Shown here: positions 29,429-43,926 of the stretch, piece by piece
Layout of the letters: each line of letters begins with the position of its first letter
Position numbering within the stretch: position 1 is the stretch's first letter
DNA from: Gammaproteobacteria bacterium
Lineage (GTDB): Bacteria > Pseudomonadota > Gammaproteobacteria > SZUA-152
Reading direction: 5' to 3'
NCBI GenBank assembly: GCA_011371455.1
Contig: DRQN01000006.1
Coordinates: 1 to 47,371, forward strand
Length of the DNA: 47,371 bases
The notes under the pieces: model-generated
The model's input: the letters and a program-made list of their open reading frames with translations, nothing else
The model's database searches: none
What the model was told of the DNA's origin: nothing
Program-made: the position numbers and the translations under genes

Positions 29429-30666
29429 TCACGGTAATTGCATTACTGGGCTGCAAGCCGGGTGCTGAAACGGTGGCTGTGGTCGATTGCGCCAATACCT
29501 TTGTGGTGTCAGGGAGCAGTCAGTTTGATTTGCTGGCCTACGACAAAACATCGAATGCAATACGCCTGATTCAGCACTATGAAGGGGAGCAGAGGTATCA
29601 GAGCAGTTATATTTGTGAGCGCGATATTGTCTTGTCATCCTACCAGTTTCGAGGCACGGCAAAAGAGGACGCGGGGTTTGAGATTGTTCACCGGAACGGT
29701 AAGGCTGAGCAAGTAAAGTTTACGGATGGGCCCGTAGACTTTGTTTCATACAAGGGCGGCATTCTTGTGAAAACAAATCGCCTGCATGCTGAGCCGGTGG
29801 ATGAGTCTCTGGGTGATTCACCTTATTTGATACGTGACAGAGAGCGTGGCTATTCGCACCGTAAGGACGGTAAAGAGGTGTTTCTTTATACTCACTATAT
29901 CCCATTTTCACATCTGGATGACCGAAGTTTCCGTCCGGAGCATTCTTATCGTTTTAGTGCGGTATTGGGTGATAGCGCAGGGATCTATGGCGATATACTG
30001 CTTGGCCCAGAGACTGTAACACCTGAAACCGGACTGTACCGGTTAAACCTGGTTACAGGACGCCGTGTCCGGCTGAGTAAGGTAGCGGGCAGTCTCAATG
30101 ATATTCATGTTCGCGGTAACGGTGATCGTTACTACCTGATATGGCCTGAGACCAAGAAATATCTCGCTGCCATAAAAGGCCACAAACATCTGCTTGAGCA
30201 GCCTCGCCCAATACCCGATGACCCCGTAGAGGCGCGCTTGCAAGCCTATTACCGTGGCATGGAGCGCGATACCCTGTACCGTTTCGAAGAGGATCCTGTG
30301 AACGGTAAGTGGGCGTACACCAAATTGAAAAAAATCGACGGGGGTATATATCATTATATTTCAGTGGACGAGGCGATTTATATTTTTACCCGCGATCGGC
30401 GGGCGATTCGCTACGATTCGGTGAAGGACACCTGGCAGGAGTTTCCCTTTGAATACAGTGATCGCTTTGAGCGCATAAACGCCATCGGGGATGGTCTGGC
30501 CTTTACGCTGAAGAGTCGCGATGGAAGCCTGGCTCGGGTCTATGTGGTTTCCCGGGATTTTTCCCGCATCAGCAAGCCGTTGACTATTGACCGTGATTGG
30601 TCGGATACGCGAATTTCTACCCGCTACAATTTTGTTTCCACTATTCCGAAATGGCTTGGGCAGTGA
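29407..30666 (+). CDS. Lipoprotein of unknown function (419 aa)
   Basis: Lipobox in MQILLFLITVIALLGCKPG. It overlaps ORF1 by 22 nt and is overlapped by ORF3 by 16 nt. I recognise no motif. Confidence 0.75.
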   Translation: MQILLFLITVIALLGCKPGAETVAVVDCANTFVVSGSSQFDLLAYDKTSNAIRLIQHYEGEQRYQSSYICERDIVLSSYQFRGTAKEDAGFEIVHRNGKAEQVKFTDGPVDFVSYKGGILVKTNRLHAEPVDESLGDSPYLIRDRERGYSHRKDGKEVFLYTHYIPFSHLDDRSFRPEHSYRFSAVLGDSAGIYGDILLGPETVTPETGLYRLNLVTGRRVRLSKVAGSLNDIHVRGNGDRYYLIWPETKKYLAAIKGHKHLLEQPRPIPDDPVEARLQAYYRGMERDTLYRFEEDPVNGKWAYTKLKKIDGGIYHYISVDEAIYIFTRDRRAIRYDSVKDTWQEFPFEYSDRFERINAIGDGLAFTLKSRDGSLARVYVVSRDFSRISKPLTIDRDWSDTRISTRYNFVSTIPKWLGQ

Positions 30667-31064
30667 GATTTCTTATTCCTCTACTTTTTTACCTATTGCC
30701 GTTCAGTATATTTGGTGAGCAATTGTACTGGTACGACGATGACCGAAAAGTGCTTATCCATGAGCGTAGCTACGATGCAACTTTGGGCATCTATGTCTAT
30801 CGCTTTGGCAGTTCATCAGATGCCCCCAGACGTCAGCTGACCGGCGATATCATCGTCAAGTTTTCCGGTATCCAAAGCGCGGATAGTCTTGCGGATTTTC
30901 AGGCAAGGTACTCCGTTACATTGGTGAAAAATCTCCCCGTTGGTACGGGGTATTATATTTTCAGCGCTATCGACAGGGAGACCTCTCTGGACATTGCTAA
31001 CCAAATTTACCGTGATGATGAAGTGCAATTTGCTTATCCTGACTGGCTGACCCTGGGCAGATGA
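30651..31064 (+). CDS. Secreted free-standing subtilase prodomain-like (inhibitor I9 / S8 pro-domain-like) protein
   Basis: The ATG at 30651 gives the signal peptide MAWAVRFLIPLLFYLLPFSIFG. The body GDIIVKFSGIQSADSLADFQARYSVTLVKNLPVGTGYYIFSAIDRETSLDIANQIYRDDEVQFAYPDW follows the beta-alpha-beta-beta-alpha-beta prodomain pattern. It ends ...LTLGR and its stop overlaps the S8 gene start (ATGA). Confidence 0.6.
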   Translation: MAWAVRFLIPLLFYLLPFSIFGEQLYWYDDDRKVLIHERSYDATLGIYVYRFGSSSDAPRRQLTGDIIVKFSGIQSADSLADFQARYSVTLVKNLPVGTGYYIFSAIDRETSLDIANQIYRDDEVQFAYPDWLTLGR

Positions 31065-32557
31065 GTCGTTCAAGTCTGTTTAGCGCCTGTTTGATTTTTC
31101 TTTCAGGTTGCGGCGGTAGTAATTATGAGTCCGATCCCCTCGTAACCGAGCAGTGGTATCTTTCCGGCAGCGACCTTGATGGAAACATGGTGCATATCAA
31201 TCTGAATCAGCACTATTACAAAGGCCGGGGCGTGCTGGTTGCCACAGTGGACAACGGTATTGACGTATTTCATGAAGACCTTCGGGCGAATATCGGAGAA
31301 GGGAGTTACAGCTACTTGCCCGAGGAGTATGGGTTTTCGCAGAAGGCTGATCATGGCACGGCGACTGCCGTTATTATCGCCGCCATCGAAGGCAATGGAA
31401 AGGGGATAAAAGGTATCGCGCCACAGGTCAGGATTATCGGTTTCAATGCCTTGAGGTTGGCGACGGTCAGTAATCTGGCGGATGCCCTGGTGAGAGAGAA
31501 AGAGCGCGTATGGATCTCTAATAACAGTTGGGGAGATATTAATAGCTGGGGTGAGCCGCTGGCGTTGAAAAGCCTGATACGGGATGCGTTGATCGATGGC
31601 GTTACTGATGGCAGAAGCGGCCGGGGTATTGCCTATGTTTTTGCTGCCGGCAATGGTGATGGTGTCATTAATGATCTGCCGATTGATAACGTCAATTATA
31701 GCGGCCTGGTTAATAACCGTTACACCATTCCCATTTGTGCCGTTGATGAATATGGAAAAAAGGCGGCTTACTCTGAGAAGGGCGCGACACTGATAGTTTG
31801 TGCGCCATCAAAAGGACGTGTGGAAGGAGTGGGTATCACGACGACCGATGTAACCGGGGAGGATGGGTACAACCCCACATTGTTTCCGGATGACTTTGAA
31901 AACCGGGGCTATACGGGTAATTTCGGCGGTACATCTGCGGCTGCACCGATGGTATCGGGTGTGGTGGCCTTGATGCTGGAAGCCAACTCGAGGCTCTCAT
32001 GGCGGGATGTGCGGATTATCCTTGCTAGGAGCGCCAGGCGGAACGACTCATCCGATTCGGACTGGGTTAGGAACGGGGCTGGTTATCCTGTCAACCACAA
32101 ATACGGTTTTGGCCTGGTAGATGCGGACAGGGCGGTGCAACTGGCGAAAGAGTGGGCGGGCGTGGGCGATGAAAAGATTCTTGAGTATCAGCAGGATGTT
32201 GGCGAGCCGATTCCAGATGGTGAGAATGATGGAGTACAAAATGAAATTCTTGTGGATGAAGATCTTCACATAGAATTTGTCGAGGTTTTCTTTGATGCTA
32301 GCGATCACCCAAACCTGGGGGATCTGGACATTGTGTTGACCTCGCCCGAGGGAACGGAAAGTGTTCTGGCCGAACAGCACAATGAGATGTTTGGCGTGTT
32401 TCAGTACAACAACTGGCGATTTGGAACAATGCGGCATTTGGGGGAGCGGTCACGGGGGAAATGGCAGCTGAAGGTTGTCGATAAGGCTGCGGGCGGCAGT
32501 GGTACATTTATTAACTGGCGGATCAAGGTTTATGGTACTAGGGAAAATCACAGTTGA
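31061..32557 (+). CDS. Kexin/furin-like S8 serine protease lipoprotein with a C-terminal proprotein-convertase P-domain and no prodomain
   Basis: Lipobox LSGC (Cys17). DPLVTEQWYL...VATVDNGIDVFHEDL (Asp64) aligns to the start of mature Kex2-type enzymes. The remaining catalytic elements are His in HGTATAVIIAA, the oxyanion Asn in NNSWG and Ser in GGTSAAAPMVSGVVAL. The P-domain tail is ...GDLDIVLTSPEGTESVL...GKWQLKVVDKAAGGSGTFINWRIKVYG. Confidence 0.88.
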   Translation: MSRSSLFSACLIFLSGCGGSNYESDPLVTEQWYLSGSDLDGNMVHINLNQHYYKGRGVLVATVDNGIDVFHEDLRANIGEGSYSYLPEEYGFSQKADHGTATAVIIAAIEGNGKGIKGIAPQVRIIGFNALRLATVSNLADALVREKERVWISNNSWGDINSWGEPLALKSLIRDALIDGVTDGRSGRGIAYVFAAGNGDGVINDLPIDNVNYSGLVNNRYTIPICAVDEYGKKAAYSEKGATLIVCAPSKGRVEGVGITTTDVTGEDGYNPTLFPDDFENRGYTGNFGGTSAAAPMVSGVVALMLEANSRLSWRDVRIILARSARRNDSSDSDWVRNGAGYPVNHKYGFGLVDADRAVQLAKEWAGVGDEKILEYQQDVGEPIPDGENDGVQNEILVDEDLHIEFVEVFFDASDHPNLGDLDIVLTSPEGTESVLAEQHNEMFGVFQYNNWRFGTMRHLGERSRGKWQLKVVDKAAGGSGTFINWRIKVYGTRENHS

Positions 32558-32640
32558 TGGCCGCAGATCATTTTGTCTTCTTTGAGTGGGAACCTCTCGA
32601 GTTTGGAAATAATCTGCTGCGTAGATGAGGGCGGCAGAAA

Positions 32641-32669
32641 TTGGCGGTTTTTTTGCCAATCAGTACAAT
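32641..32669 (+). promoter_or_regulatory. Putative sigma70 promoter of mnmG (TTGGCG-17 nt-TACAAT)
   Basis: The hexamers have 17-nt spacing and lie about 30 nt upstream of the mnmG ATG. Confidence 0.4.
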
Positions 32670-32699
32670 GGCCAGTCCCTCTCTCCACGGTTTGGCGTG

Positions 32700-34601
<1,902 letters not shown>

Positions 34602-35279
34602 ATGCCGATGTCGCTGGAAACAATCCTTGCACAGGGGCTGCAGGCGCTGGGCATCGAATGTCCGCTTGAAGTCCGCGGGCGACTGCTGGATTATGTGCGC
34701 CTGCTGGCGAAGTGGAACCGCGTCTATAATCTGACCGCAGTACGCGAGCCGCGGGAGATGGTCACCCGCCACCTGCTCGACAGCCTGGCGGTGTTGCCAC
34801 ACCTGCGCGAGTTGCGGCCGAAGCGGGTGCTGGACGTCGGCACCGGCGGCGGTCTGCCGGGCATCCCGCTGGCGCTGCTGTCGCCGCAGACCGGTTTCGT
34901 GTTGCTCGACAGCAACGGCAAGAAGACCCGCTTCGTGCAGCAGGCGGTGGCCGAGCTGGGGCTGCGCAACGTTGAGGTGGTGCATGCGCGGGCCGAGCAA
35001 TACCGCCCACAGGCGCCCTTCGACGTGGTCATCTCGCGGGCCTTTTCCTCGCTGCGCGAGATGATGGAGAAGGCCGGTGCCTACTGCGATGGCGAAGGCG
35101 TCCTGCTGGCCATGAAGGGCGCCTGGCCAGAGCAGGAACTGGCGGATCTGCCGGCGGCATGCATGCTTCGCGGTTCACGGCGGCTGCAGGTGCCGGGGCT
35201 GGATGAGGAACGGCACCTGATCGTTCTCGCGCCAACGGGCGGGGCAGCGGCAAATCGAGCGGCATCACAAACGGGCTGA
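34602..35279 (+). CDS. rsmG: 16S rRNA (guanine527-N7)-methyltransferase RsmG (GidB)
   Basis: 225 aa; LLAKWNRVYNLTAVREPREMVTRHLLDSL...DVGTGGGLPGIPLA is the SAM-binding motif. It directly follows mnmG. Confidence 0.95.
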   Translation: MPMSLETILAQGLQALGIECPLEVRGRLLDYVRLLAKWNRVYNLTAVREPREMVTRHLLDSLAVLPHLRELRPKRVLDVGTGGGLPGIPLALLSPQTGFVLLDSNGKKTRFVQQAVAELGLRNVEVVHARAEQYRPQAPFDVVISRAFSSLREMMEKAGAYCDGEGVLLAMKGAWPEQELADLPAACMLRGSRRLQVPGLDEERHLIVLAPTGGAAANRAASQTG

Positions 35280-35284
35280 CAGCT

Positions 35285-36067
35285 ATGGGCAAGATCATTG
35301 CGGTAACCAATCAGAAGGGCGGCGTCGGCAAGACCACCACCAGCGTCAACCTGGCGGCCTCGCTGGTGGCGACGCATCGCAAGGTGCTGCTCATCGACAT
35401 GGACCCGCAGGGCAACGCCACCATGGGCAGCGGCGTCGACAAGCACGCCCTCGAGCTTTCCAGCTATGAGGTGCTGACTGGCGCGGCGGACATCCGCGAT
35501 GCCATCACCCAGACAGAATTGGCGGGCTACGACCTGCTACCGGCCAACGCCGACCTTACCGCCGCCGAGGTGGAGCTGTTGCAGATACCACAGCGCGAAC
35601 GACGTCTGCGCGAAGCCCTCAACAACATCAATGGCCGCTACGATTTCATTCTCATCGATTGCCCGCCGTCACTGAATATGCTGACCCTCAATGCGCTGGT
35701 GGCGGCGCAGTCGGTGATCATTCCCATGCAGTGTGAGTATTACGCCCTGGAGGGATTGACCGCGCTGGTCAGCACCATCGAGGACGTGCGCGACAACCTC
35801 AATCCCTTCCTCAAGATCGAAGGCCTGCTGCGTACCATGTATGATCCTCGCAACCGCCTCGCCGGCGATGTCACCGCGCAGCTCAGCAAGCACTTCGGTG
35901 ACAAGCTGTACCGCACCGTGATTCCGCGCAATATCCGCCTCGCCGAGGCACCCAGCCATGGCCAGCCGGCGCTGGTGTACGACAAGGCCTCGCGCGGCGC
36001 CAAGGCCTACCTGGCGCTGGCCGGCGAGATGCTGCGGCGCGAGGAAATGGCCTCGGTCGGCGCCTGA
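35285..36067 (+). CDS. parA: Chromosome partitioning ATPase ParA (Soj)
   Basis: 260 aa with the deviant Walker A motif NQKGGVGKTTT. Confidence 0.96.
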   Translation: MGKIIAVTNQKGGVGKTTTSVNLAASLVATHRKVLLIDMDPQGNATMGSGVDKHALELSSYEVLTGAADIRDAITQTELAGYDLLPANADLTAAEVELLQIPQRERRLREALNNINGRYDFILIDCPPSLNMLTLNALVAAQSVIIPMQCEYYALEGLTALVSTIEDVRDNLNPFLKIEGLLRTMYDPRNRLAGDVTAQLSKHFGDKLYRTVIPRNIRLAEAPSHGQPALVYDKASRGAKAYLALAGEMLRREEMASVGA

Positions 36068-36093
36068 CATTACGCAACTTTTGGAAAAGACAG

Positions 36094-36963
36094 ATGGCAG
36101 CAAAGAAAAAACGCGGTCTGGGCCGCGGCCTGGACGCCCTGCTTGGCGGATCGGCGGCAGCGATGACGGAGGCCACGACGGACACGGAATTGCGTGATCT
36201 GGCCGTCGACCTGCTACAGCCGGGCAAGTACCAGCCGCGCACCGACATGCACCCGGAGAGCCTCGAAGAGCTGGCCAGCTCCATTCGCGTGCAGGGCGTG
36301 GTGCAGCCCATCGTGGTGCGCGAGCTGGCCGGGGGCGGGCGTTACGAAATCATCGCCGGCGAGCGGCGCTGGCGCGCGGCGCAAATCGCCGGCCTGCACG
36401 AGATACCCGCCCTGATTCGCGTGGTGCCCGACGAGGCCGCCATAGCCATGGCGCTGATCGAGAACATCCAGCGCGAAAACCTCAACCCGGTGGAGGAGGC
36501 CAACGCCCTGGCGCGGCTCATCGAGGAATTCGAAATGACTCACCAGCAGGCCGCCGAGGCCGTGGGCCGCTCGCGCGCCGCGGTGAGCAATCTGTTGCGC
36601 CTGCTGACCCTCAATGACGACGTGCGGCGTCTGCTGGAGCACGGCGATCTGGAAATGGGCCATGCGCGGGCCTTGCTGGCGCTGGAGGGCGAGCAGCAGA
36701 GCCGCGCGGCGCGCGAGGTGGCCGCCAAGGCTTATTCGGTGCGTGAAACGGAACAGCTGGTGCGCCGGCTCAGCGCCGGAACGACTGAGAAGTCACCGTC
36801 GGACAAGACGCTGGATCCCGACATCAAGCGCCTGCAGGACGGCTTGAGCGAAAAACTTGCCGCCAAGGTGATTTTTCAGCACGCCGCCAAGGGCAATGGC
36901 AAACTGGTGATCCACTACAACAGTCTCGATGAGCTGGATGGAATCCTGCAGCGCATTCAGTGA
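36094..36963 (+). CDS. parB: Chromosome partitioning protein ParB (Spo0J)
   Basis: 289 aa with the ParB box GERRWRAA and an HTH region ([22 protein letters not shown]). Confidence 0.96.
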   Translation: MAAKKKRGLGRGLDALLGGSAAAMTEATTDTELRDLAVDLLQPGKYQPRTDMHPESLEELASSIRVQGVVQPIVVRELAGGGRYEIIAGERRWRAAQIAGLHEIPALIRVVPDEAAIAMALIENIQRENLNPVEEANALARLIEEFEMTHQQAAEAVGRSRAAVSNLLRLLTLNDDVRRLLEHGDLEMGHARALLALEGEQQSRAAREVAAKAYSVRETEQLVRRLSAGTTEKSPSDKTLDPDIKRLQDGLSEKLAAKVIFQHAAKGNGKLVIHYNSLDELDGILQRIQ

Positions 36964-37040
36964 TTGTTCAGGGTTCTCCCGGGTCGCTAATTACAATATT
37001 TACGGCGGTTGTTTTTTGTTCATATTTATCGCAAAGCGCC

Positions 37041-37069
37041 TTGCTGTGGGTGCACGGGCTGGCTATAAT
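37041..37069 (+). promoter_or_regulatory. Putative sigma70 promoter of the atp operon (TTGCTG-17 nt-TATAAT)
   Basis: -35 at 37041..37046 and a consensus -10 at 37064..37069, 30 nt upstream of the first atp-associated ORF. Confidence 0.6.
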
Positions 37070-37098
37070 GCCCGGCCTAAATTTGGGATGCGCTTGAA

Positions 37099-37305
37099 AT
37101 GAGCGAGTCCAAGAAGCCCGGGTTATTACTCATCGGCGCAGGTCAGATCCTGACCTCGATGATTGTGTCCGGGTTTTTATTAGGCTACTTGCTGGATCTC
37201 TACTTTGAGACCCAGCCGATTTTCATACTGATCCTCGGTGGCCTCGGCTTCATCGGAGGATTTCTGAAAGTCTACCGATTACTGACGGACCCGGAGCTGC
37301 AATGA
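37099..37305 (+). CDS. AtpZ/AtpI-family small membrane protein
   Basis: 68 aa with two hydrophobic helices. It is the first gene of the atp cluster and has an ATGA overlap with the next ORF. Confidence 0.75.
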   Translation: MSESKKPGLLLIGAGQILTSMIVSGFLLGYLLDLYFETQPIFILILGGLGFIGGFLKVYRLLTDPELQ

Positions 37306-37709
37306 GCAAATTGGGCGCCGATCTGGCTGCCAAGGCCCGCCGGGTTGTCATGGTGCAGTTGACGGTGACAGGTATTGTTGCCCTGCTGTTTCTGATTCAA
37401 GGTGCATGGGATGCACTCTCCGCCGGTTATGGCGGACTGGCGAGTGTGTTTCTCGCCCTGCTCTCGATTCGGGGTTTCAAGCGCGCCAATGAGCATGCGC
37501 TGAGCGACCCGAAGAAGAGCATGCTGATTCTGTACATCGGCGCCGCGCAACGTTTCGTGGCGGTGGTGGTATTGCTGGCGATAGGCCTGGGCGGTTTGAA
37601 ACTGGAACCCCTGGCCGTGTTCATTGGTTTCGCGCTGGCACAGGCAAGTTATTTGATGGGTGTTCGTGGTGGCGCGGCGAAAGCAAAGCTCACCGGGCAT
37701 CCGGATTGA
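37302..37709 (+). CDS. atpI: F0F1 ATP synthase subunit I
   Basis: 135 aa, multi-TM, located immediately upstream of atpB. Confidence 0.8.
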   Translation: MSKLGADLAAKARRVVMVQLTVTGIVALLFLIQGAWDALSAGYGGLASVFLALLSIRGFKRANEHALSDPKKSMLILYIGAAQRFVAVVVLLAIGLGGLKLEPLAVFIGFALAQASYLMGVRGGAAKAKLTGHPD

Positions 37710-37718
37710 AAACCTTGA

Positions 37719-38555
<837 letters not shown>

Positions 38556-38612
38556 GATCAAGTTTGTAGTGTTTTCATTTTTTATCTTTAAATAAAAGTA
38601 AGGAGAGTAACA

Positions 38613-38900
38613 ATGACAGCTGATATGCTTGCGACCATTTACGCCTATACGGCAGTAGGTGTGGGCGTTATTCTTGCGGCCGCCGGTCTGGGTTCCGCCA
38701 TTGGTTGGGGCCTGATCTGCGCCAAGACCCTGGAAGGCATCGCGCGTCAGCCCGAGATGCGTCCGGCCTTGATGACCAACATGTTCATCTTCGCCGGCCT
38801 GATGGAGTCTTTCCCCTTCATCATCCTGGCATTCGCCATGTGGTTCCTGTTCGCCAACCCGTTCGTCGGTGCCCTGCAAGCCGCCATTGGCGCGCTTTAA
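38613..38900 (+). CDS. atpE: F0F1 ATP synthase subunit c
   Basis: 95 aa with the loop GIARQPE. The carboxylate-bearing helix is FAGLMESFPFIILAF. RBS AAGGAG. Confidence 0.95.
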   Translation: MTADMLATIYAYTAVGVGVILAAAGLGSAIGWGLICAKTLEGIARQPEMRPALMTNMFIFAGLMESFPFIILAFAMWFLFANPFVGALQAAIGAL

Positions 38901-38973
38901 TTCAAGCCGCTAACTTGGCTGATCCGCTGTTCTCCATTGAGAGTCGGCGGGACAAGCCGGGAGGAACGATAAC

Positions 38974-39444
38974 GTGAACATTACAGTAACCCTATTCGCA
39001 CAGATGTTGGCCTTTGGCCTGTTGATCTGGTTTGTCAACAAGGTCATGTGGGGTCCTCTGTCCGGGCTCATGGAGGCGCGCCAGAAGCGCATCGCCGATG
39101 GTCTCGCCGCCGCGGAAAAAGGCAAGCACGAGCAAGAGCTGGCCGAAAAGCGCGCGACAGAGCTGCTCAAAGAAGCCAAGGATCAGGCACAGGAAATCGT
39201 CGCCCAGGGTCAGAAGCGCGCTTCCGAGATCGTGGAAGAGGCGAAAGACACGGCACGTGCTGAAAGCGAGCGCATCATAGCCGCGGCCAATGCCGAGCTT
39301 GAGCGCGAAGTAAATCAGGCCAAGGAAGCTTTGCGCACCCAGGTTGCGGCGATCGCCGTTGCCGGTGCGGAGAAGATTCTGAAGCGTGAAATCGACGCCA
39401 AGGCACACGAAGATCTGTTGAACGATCTGGCTGCCCGGATCTGA
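38974..39444 (+). CDS. atpF: F0F1 ATP synthase subunit b
   Basis: 156 aa with an N-terminal TM helix and a long charged helix. GTG start. Confidence 0.93.
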   Translation: MNITVTLFAQMLAFGLLIWFVNKVMWGPLSGLMEARQKRIADGLAAAEKGKHEQELAEKRATELLKEAKDQAQEIVAQGQKRASEIVEEAKDTARAESERIIAAANAELEREVNQAKEALRTQVAAIAVAGAEKILKREIDAKAHEDLLNDLAARI

Positions 39445-39454
39445 GGCGTACATC

Positions 39455-39991
39455 ATGGCTGAAATATCCACAATCGCCCGTCCATATGCCGAAGCGGTCT
39501 TCGAGATCGCCCAGGCCGACGGCAAGCTGAAAGAATGGTCTGAGATGTTGCAGACCATTGCGCTGATCACCGCAGACCCTGACATGCAGGCCCTGATCGG
39601 AAACACCAGTGTCGACAAGGCCAAACTGGCCGAATTGATCCTGGAGATTGCCGGCAAGGTGATGGATGACAAGGGCAGCAACCTGGTCAGATTGCTGGCG
39701 GAAAATCGTCGTTTGGGTGCGGTGGAAGAGATCGCGGCGCAGTTCGAAACACTGAAGGCCGAGGCTGAGCAAACCATCGAGGCGGAAATCGTCGCCGCGA
39801 AGGAAGTCAGCGCGAAGCTGCAGAAAAAGATCGCCGACAAGCTCAAGGCCCGGCTGGGTCGTGATGTCAGCCTGAAATGCACCGTTGACGAAAGCCTCAT
39901 GGGTGGCGCGGTCATCAAGGCCGGCGACATGGTGATCGATGGCTCGGTCAGTGCCCAGTTAGATAAGCTTTCCGTAGAGTTGGCCGGCTAA
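39455..39991 (+). CDS. atpH: F0F1 ATP synthase subunit delta
   Basis: 178 aa; ARPYAEAVFEIA is an OSCP-type N-terminus. Confidence 0.94.
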   Translation: MAEISTIARPYAEAVFEIAQADGKLKEWSEMLQTIALITADPDMQALIGNTSVDKAKLAELILEIAGKVMDDKGSNLVRLLAENRRLGAVEEIAAQFETLKAEAEQTIEAEIVAAKEVSAKLQKKIADKLKARLGRDVSLKCTVDESLMGGAVIKAGDMVIDGSVSAQLDKLSVELAG

Positions 39992-40018
39992 GCGCTGCCA
40001 CGAAGAGGAACATGAAAA

Positions 40019-41560
<1,542 letters not shown>

Positions 41561-41599
41561 GCCTTGCACTAACGTCGGTTAAATCGTAGGAGGCCAGCA

Positions 41600-42460
41600 A
41601 TGGCGGTCGGTAAAGAAATACGCACCAAGGTCAAAAGCGTACAAAATACGCAGAAGATCACGCGTGCCATGGAAATGGTGGCGGCGAGCAAGATGCGCAA
41701 GGCGCAGGAGCGGATGGCGGCATCCCGTCCCTATGCGCAAAAGATCCGTAACGTGATCAAGCATCTTGCCCACGCCCACCCGGAGTATAAGCACACCTAT
41801 CTGCAGGATCGTGAGGTCAAACGCGTCGGCTATATCGTCGTATCCAGCGATCGCGGACTGTGCGGCGGCCTGAATGCCAATCTGTTTCGTGCCGCCATTG
41901 GCTCGCTGAAACAGTGGGACGCGAAGGGCGTCGGCATCGATATCTGCGCCGTCGGCGGCAAGGCATCGGCTTTCTTCAAGCGTGTCGGCGGCAACGTGGT
42001 CGCCGAAACCAGCCATCTGGGCGATGCACCGGGCATCAGCGACCTGATTGGTACGGTCAAGGTGATGCTGGATGCCTTCGACAAGGGTGAGATCGATCGC
42101 CTGTACGTGGTCTACAACGAGTTTGTCAGCACCATGGTACAGGATCCGCAAATCGAGCAGCTGCTGCCGATACAAGCGGATACCGAAGACGATTACTCCC
42201 ACCAGTGGGACTACCTCTACGAGCCCGAGGCCAAGGAGGTATTGACCGATCTCCTTACGCGCTTCGTCGAGTCCCTGGTCTACCAGGCGCTGGTGGAGAA
42301 CATCGCCAGCGAGCAATCGGCGCGCATGGTGGCCATGAAGGCCGCATCGGACAACGCCGGCAACCTCATCGACGAATTGAACCTGGCCTACAACAAGGCC
42401 CGTCAGGCCGCGATCACCCAGGAAATTTCCGAGATCGTCAGTGGCGCGGCGGCCGTATAG
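41600..42460 (+). CDS. atpG: F0F1 ATP synthase subunit gamma
   Basis: 286 aa; the N-terminus [25 protein letters not shown] and the C-terminus [14 protein letters not shown] are conserved gamma motifs. Confidence 0.97.
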   Translation: MAVGKEIRTKVKSVQNTQKITRAMEMVAASKMRKAQERMAASRPYAQKIRNVIKHLAHAHPEYKHTYLQDREVKRVGYIVVSSDRGLCGGLNANLFRAAIGSLKQWDAKGVGIDICAVGGKASAFFKRVGGNVVAETSHLGDAPGISDLIGTVKVMLDAFDKGEIDRLYVVYNEFVSTMVQDPQIEQLLPIQADTEDDYSHQWDYLYEPEAKEVLTDLLTRFVESLVYQALVENIASEQSARMVAMKAASDNAGNLIDELNLAYNKARQAAITQEISEIVSGAAAV

Positions 42461-42520
42461 GGACGCTTGCAGCCGGTATCCGCAGGGCGAACAGCTTTTT
42501 TGATATTTGAAGGGGACTGA

Positions 42521-43903
<1,383 letters not shown>

Positions 43904-43926
43904 GCCTTGGCTGAAGGGGAAATATT

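Larger units (their letters stand above)
28020..32560 (+). other. AT-richer genomic islet with four co-oriented, overlapping genes for exported or lipoproteins
   Basis: Hand counts of sample 60-nt lines give about 40-53% G+C here versus about 68% in a flanking mnmG line. I saw no integrase, tRNA or flanking direct repeat. Confidence 0.75.

Noticed and set aside
30597-32557. The prodomain-like ORF and the S8 ORF read as a frameshifted single gene (pseudogene)
   Set aside because: The S8 ORF has its own complete lipoprotein signal (LSGC) directly before the mature-domain start, and the junction is a clean ATGA overlap at the expected processing site. A frameshift would not create a new signal peptide. 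This still needs comparison with homologues.
32558-32699. oriC next to mnmG (gidA), as in E. coli and Vibrio
   Set aside because: There is no DnaA box (TTATCCACA or its complement), no AT-rich repeat cluster and only one GATC. The region looks like an ordinary promoter.
36741-36750. parS half-site (GCGTGAAACG) inside parB, and a search for parS downstream of parB (36964..37098)
   Set aside because: It matches the 16-bp consensus at only about 10/16, and no palindromic partner exists. The recF sites are far better.
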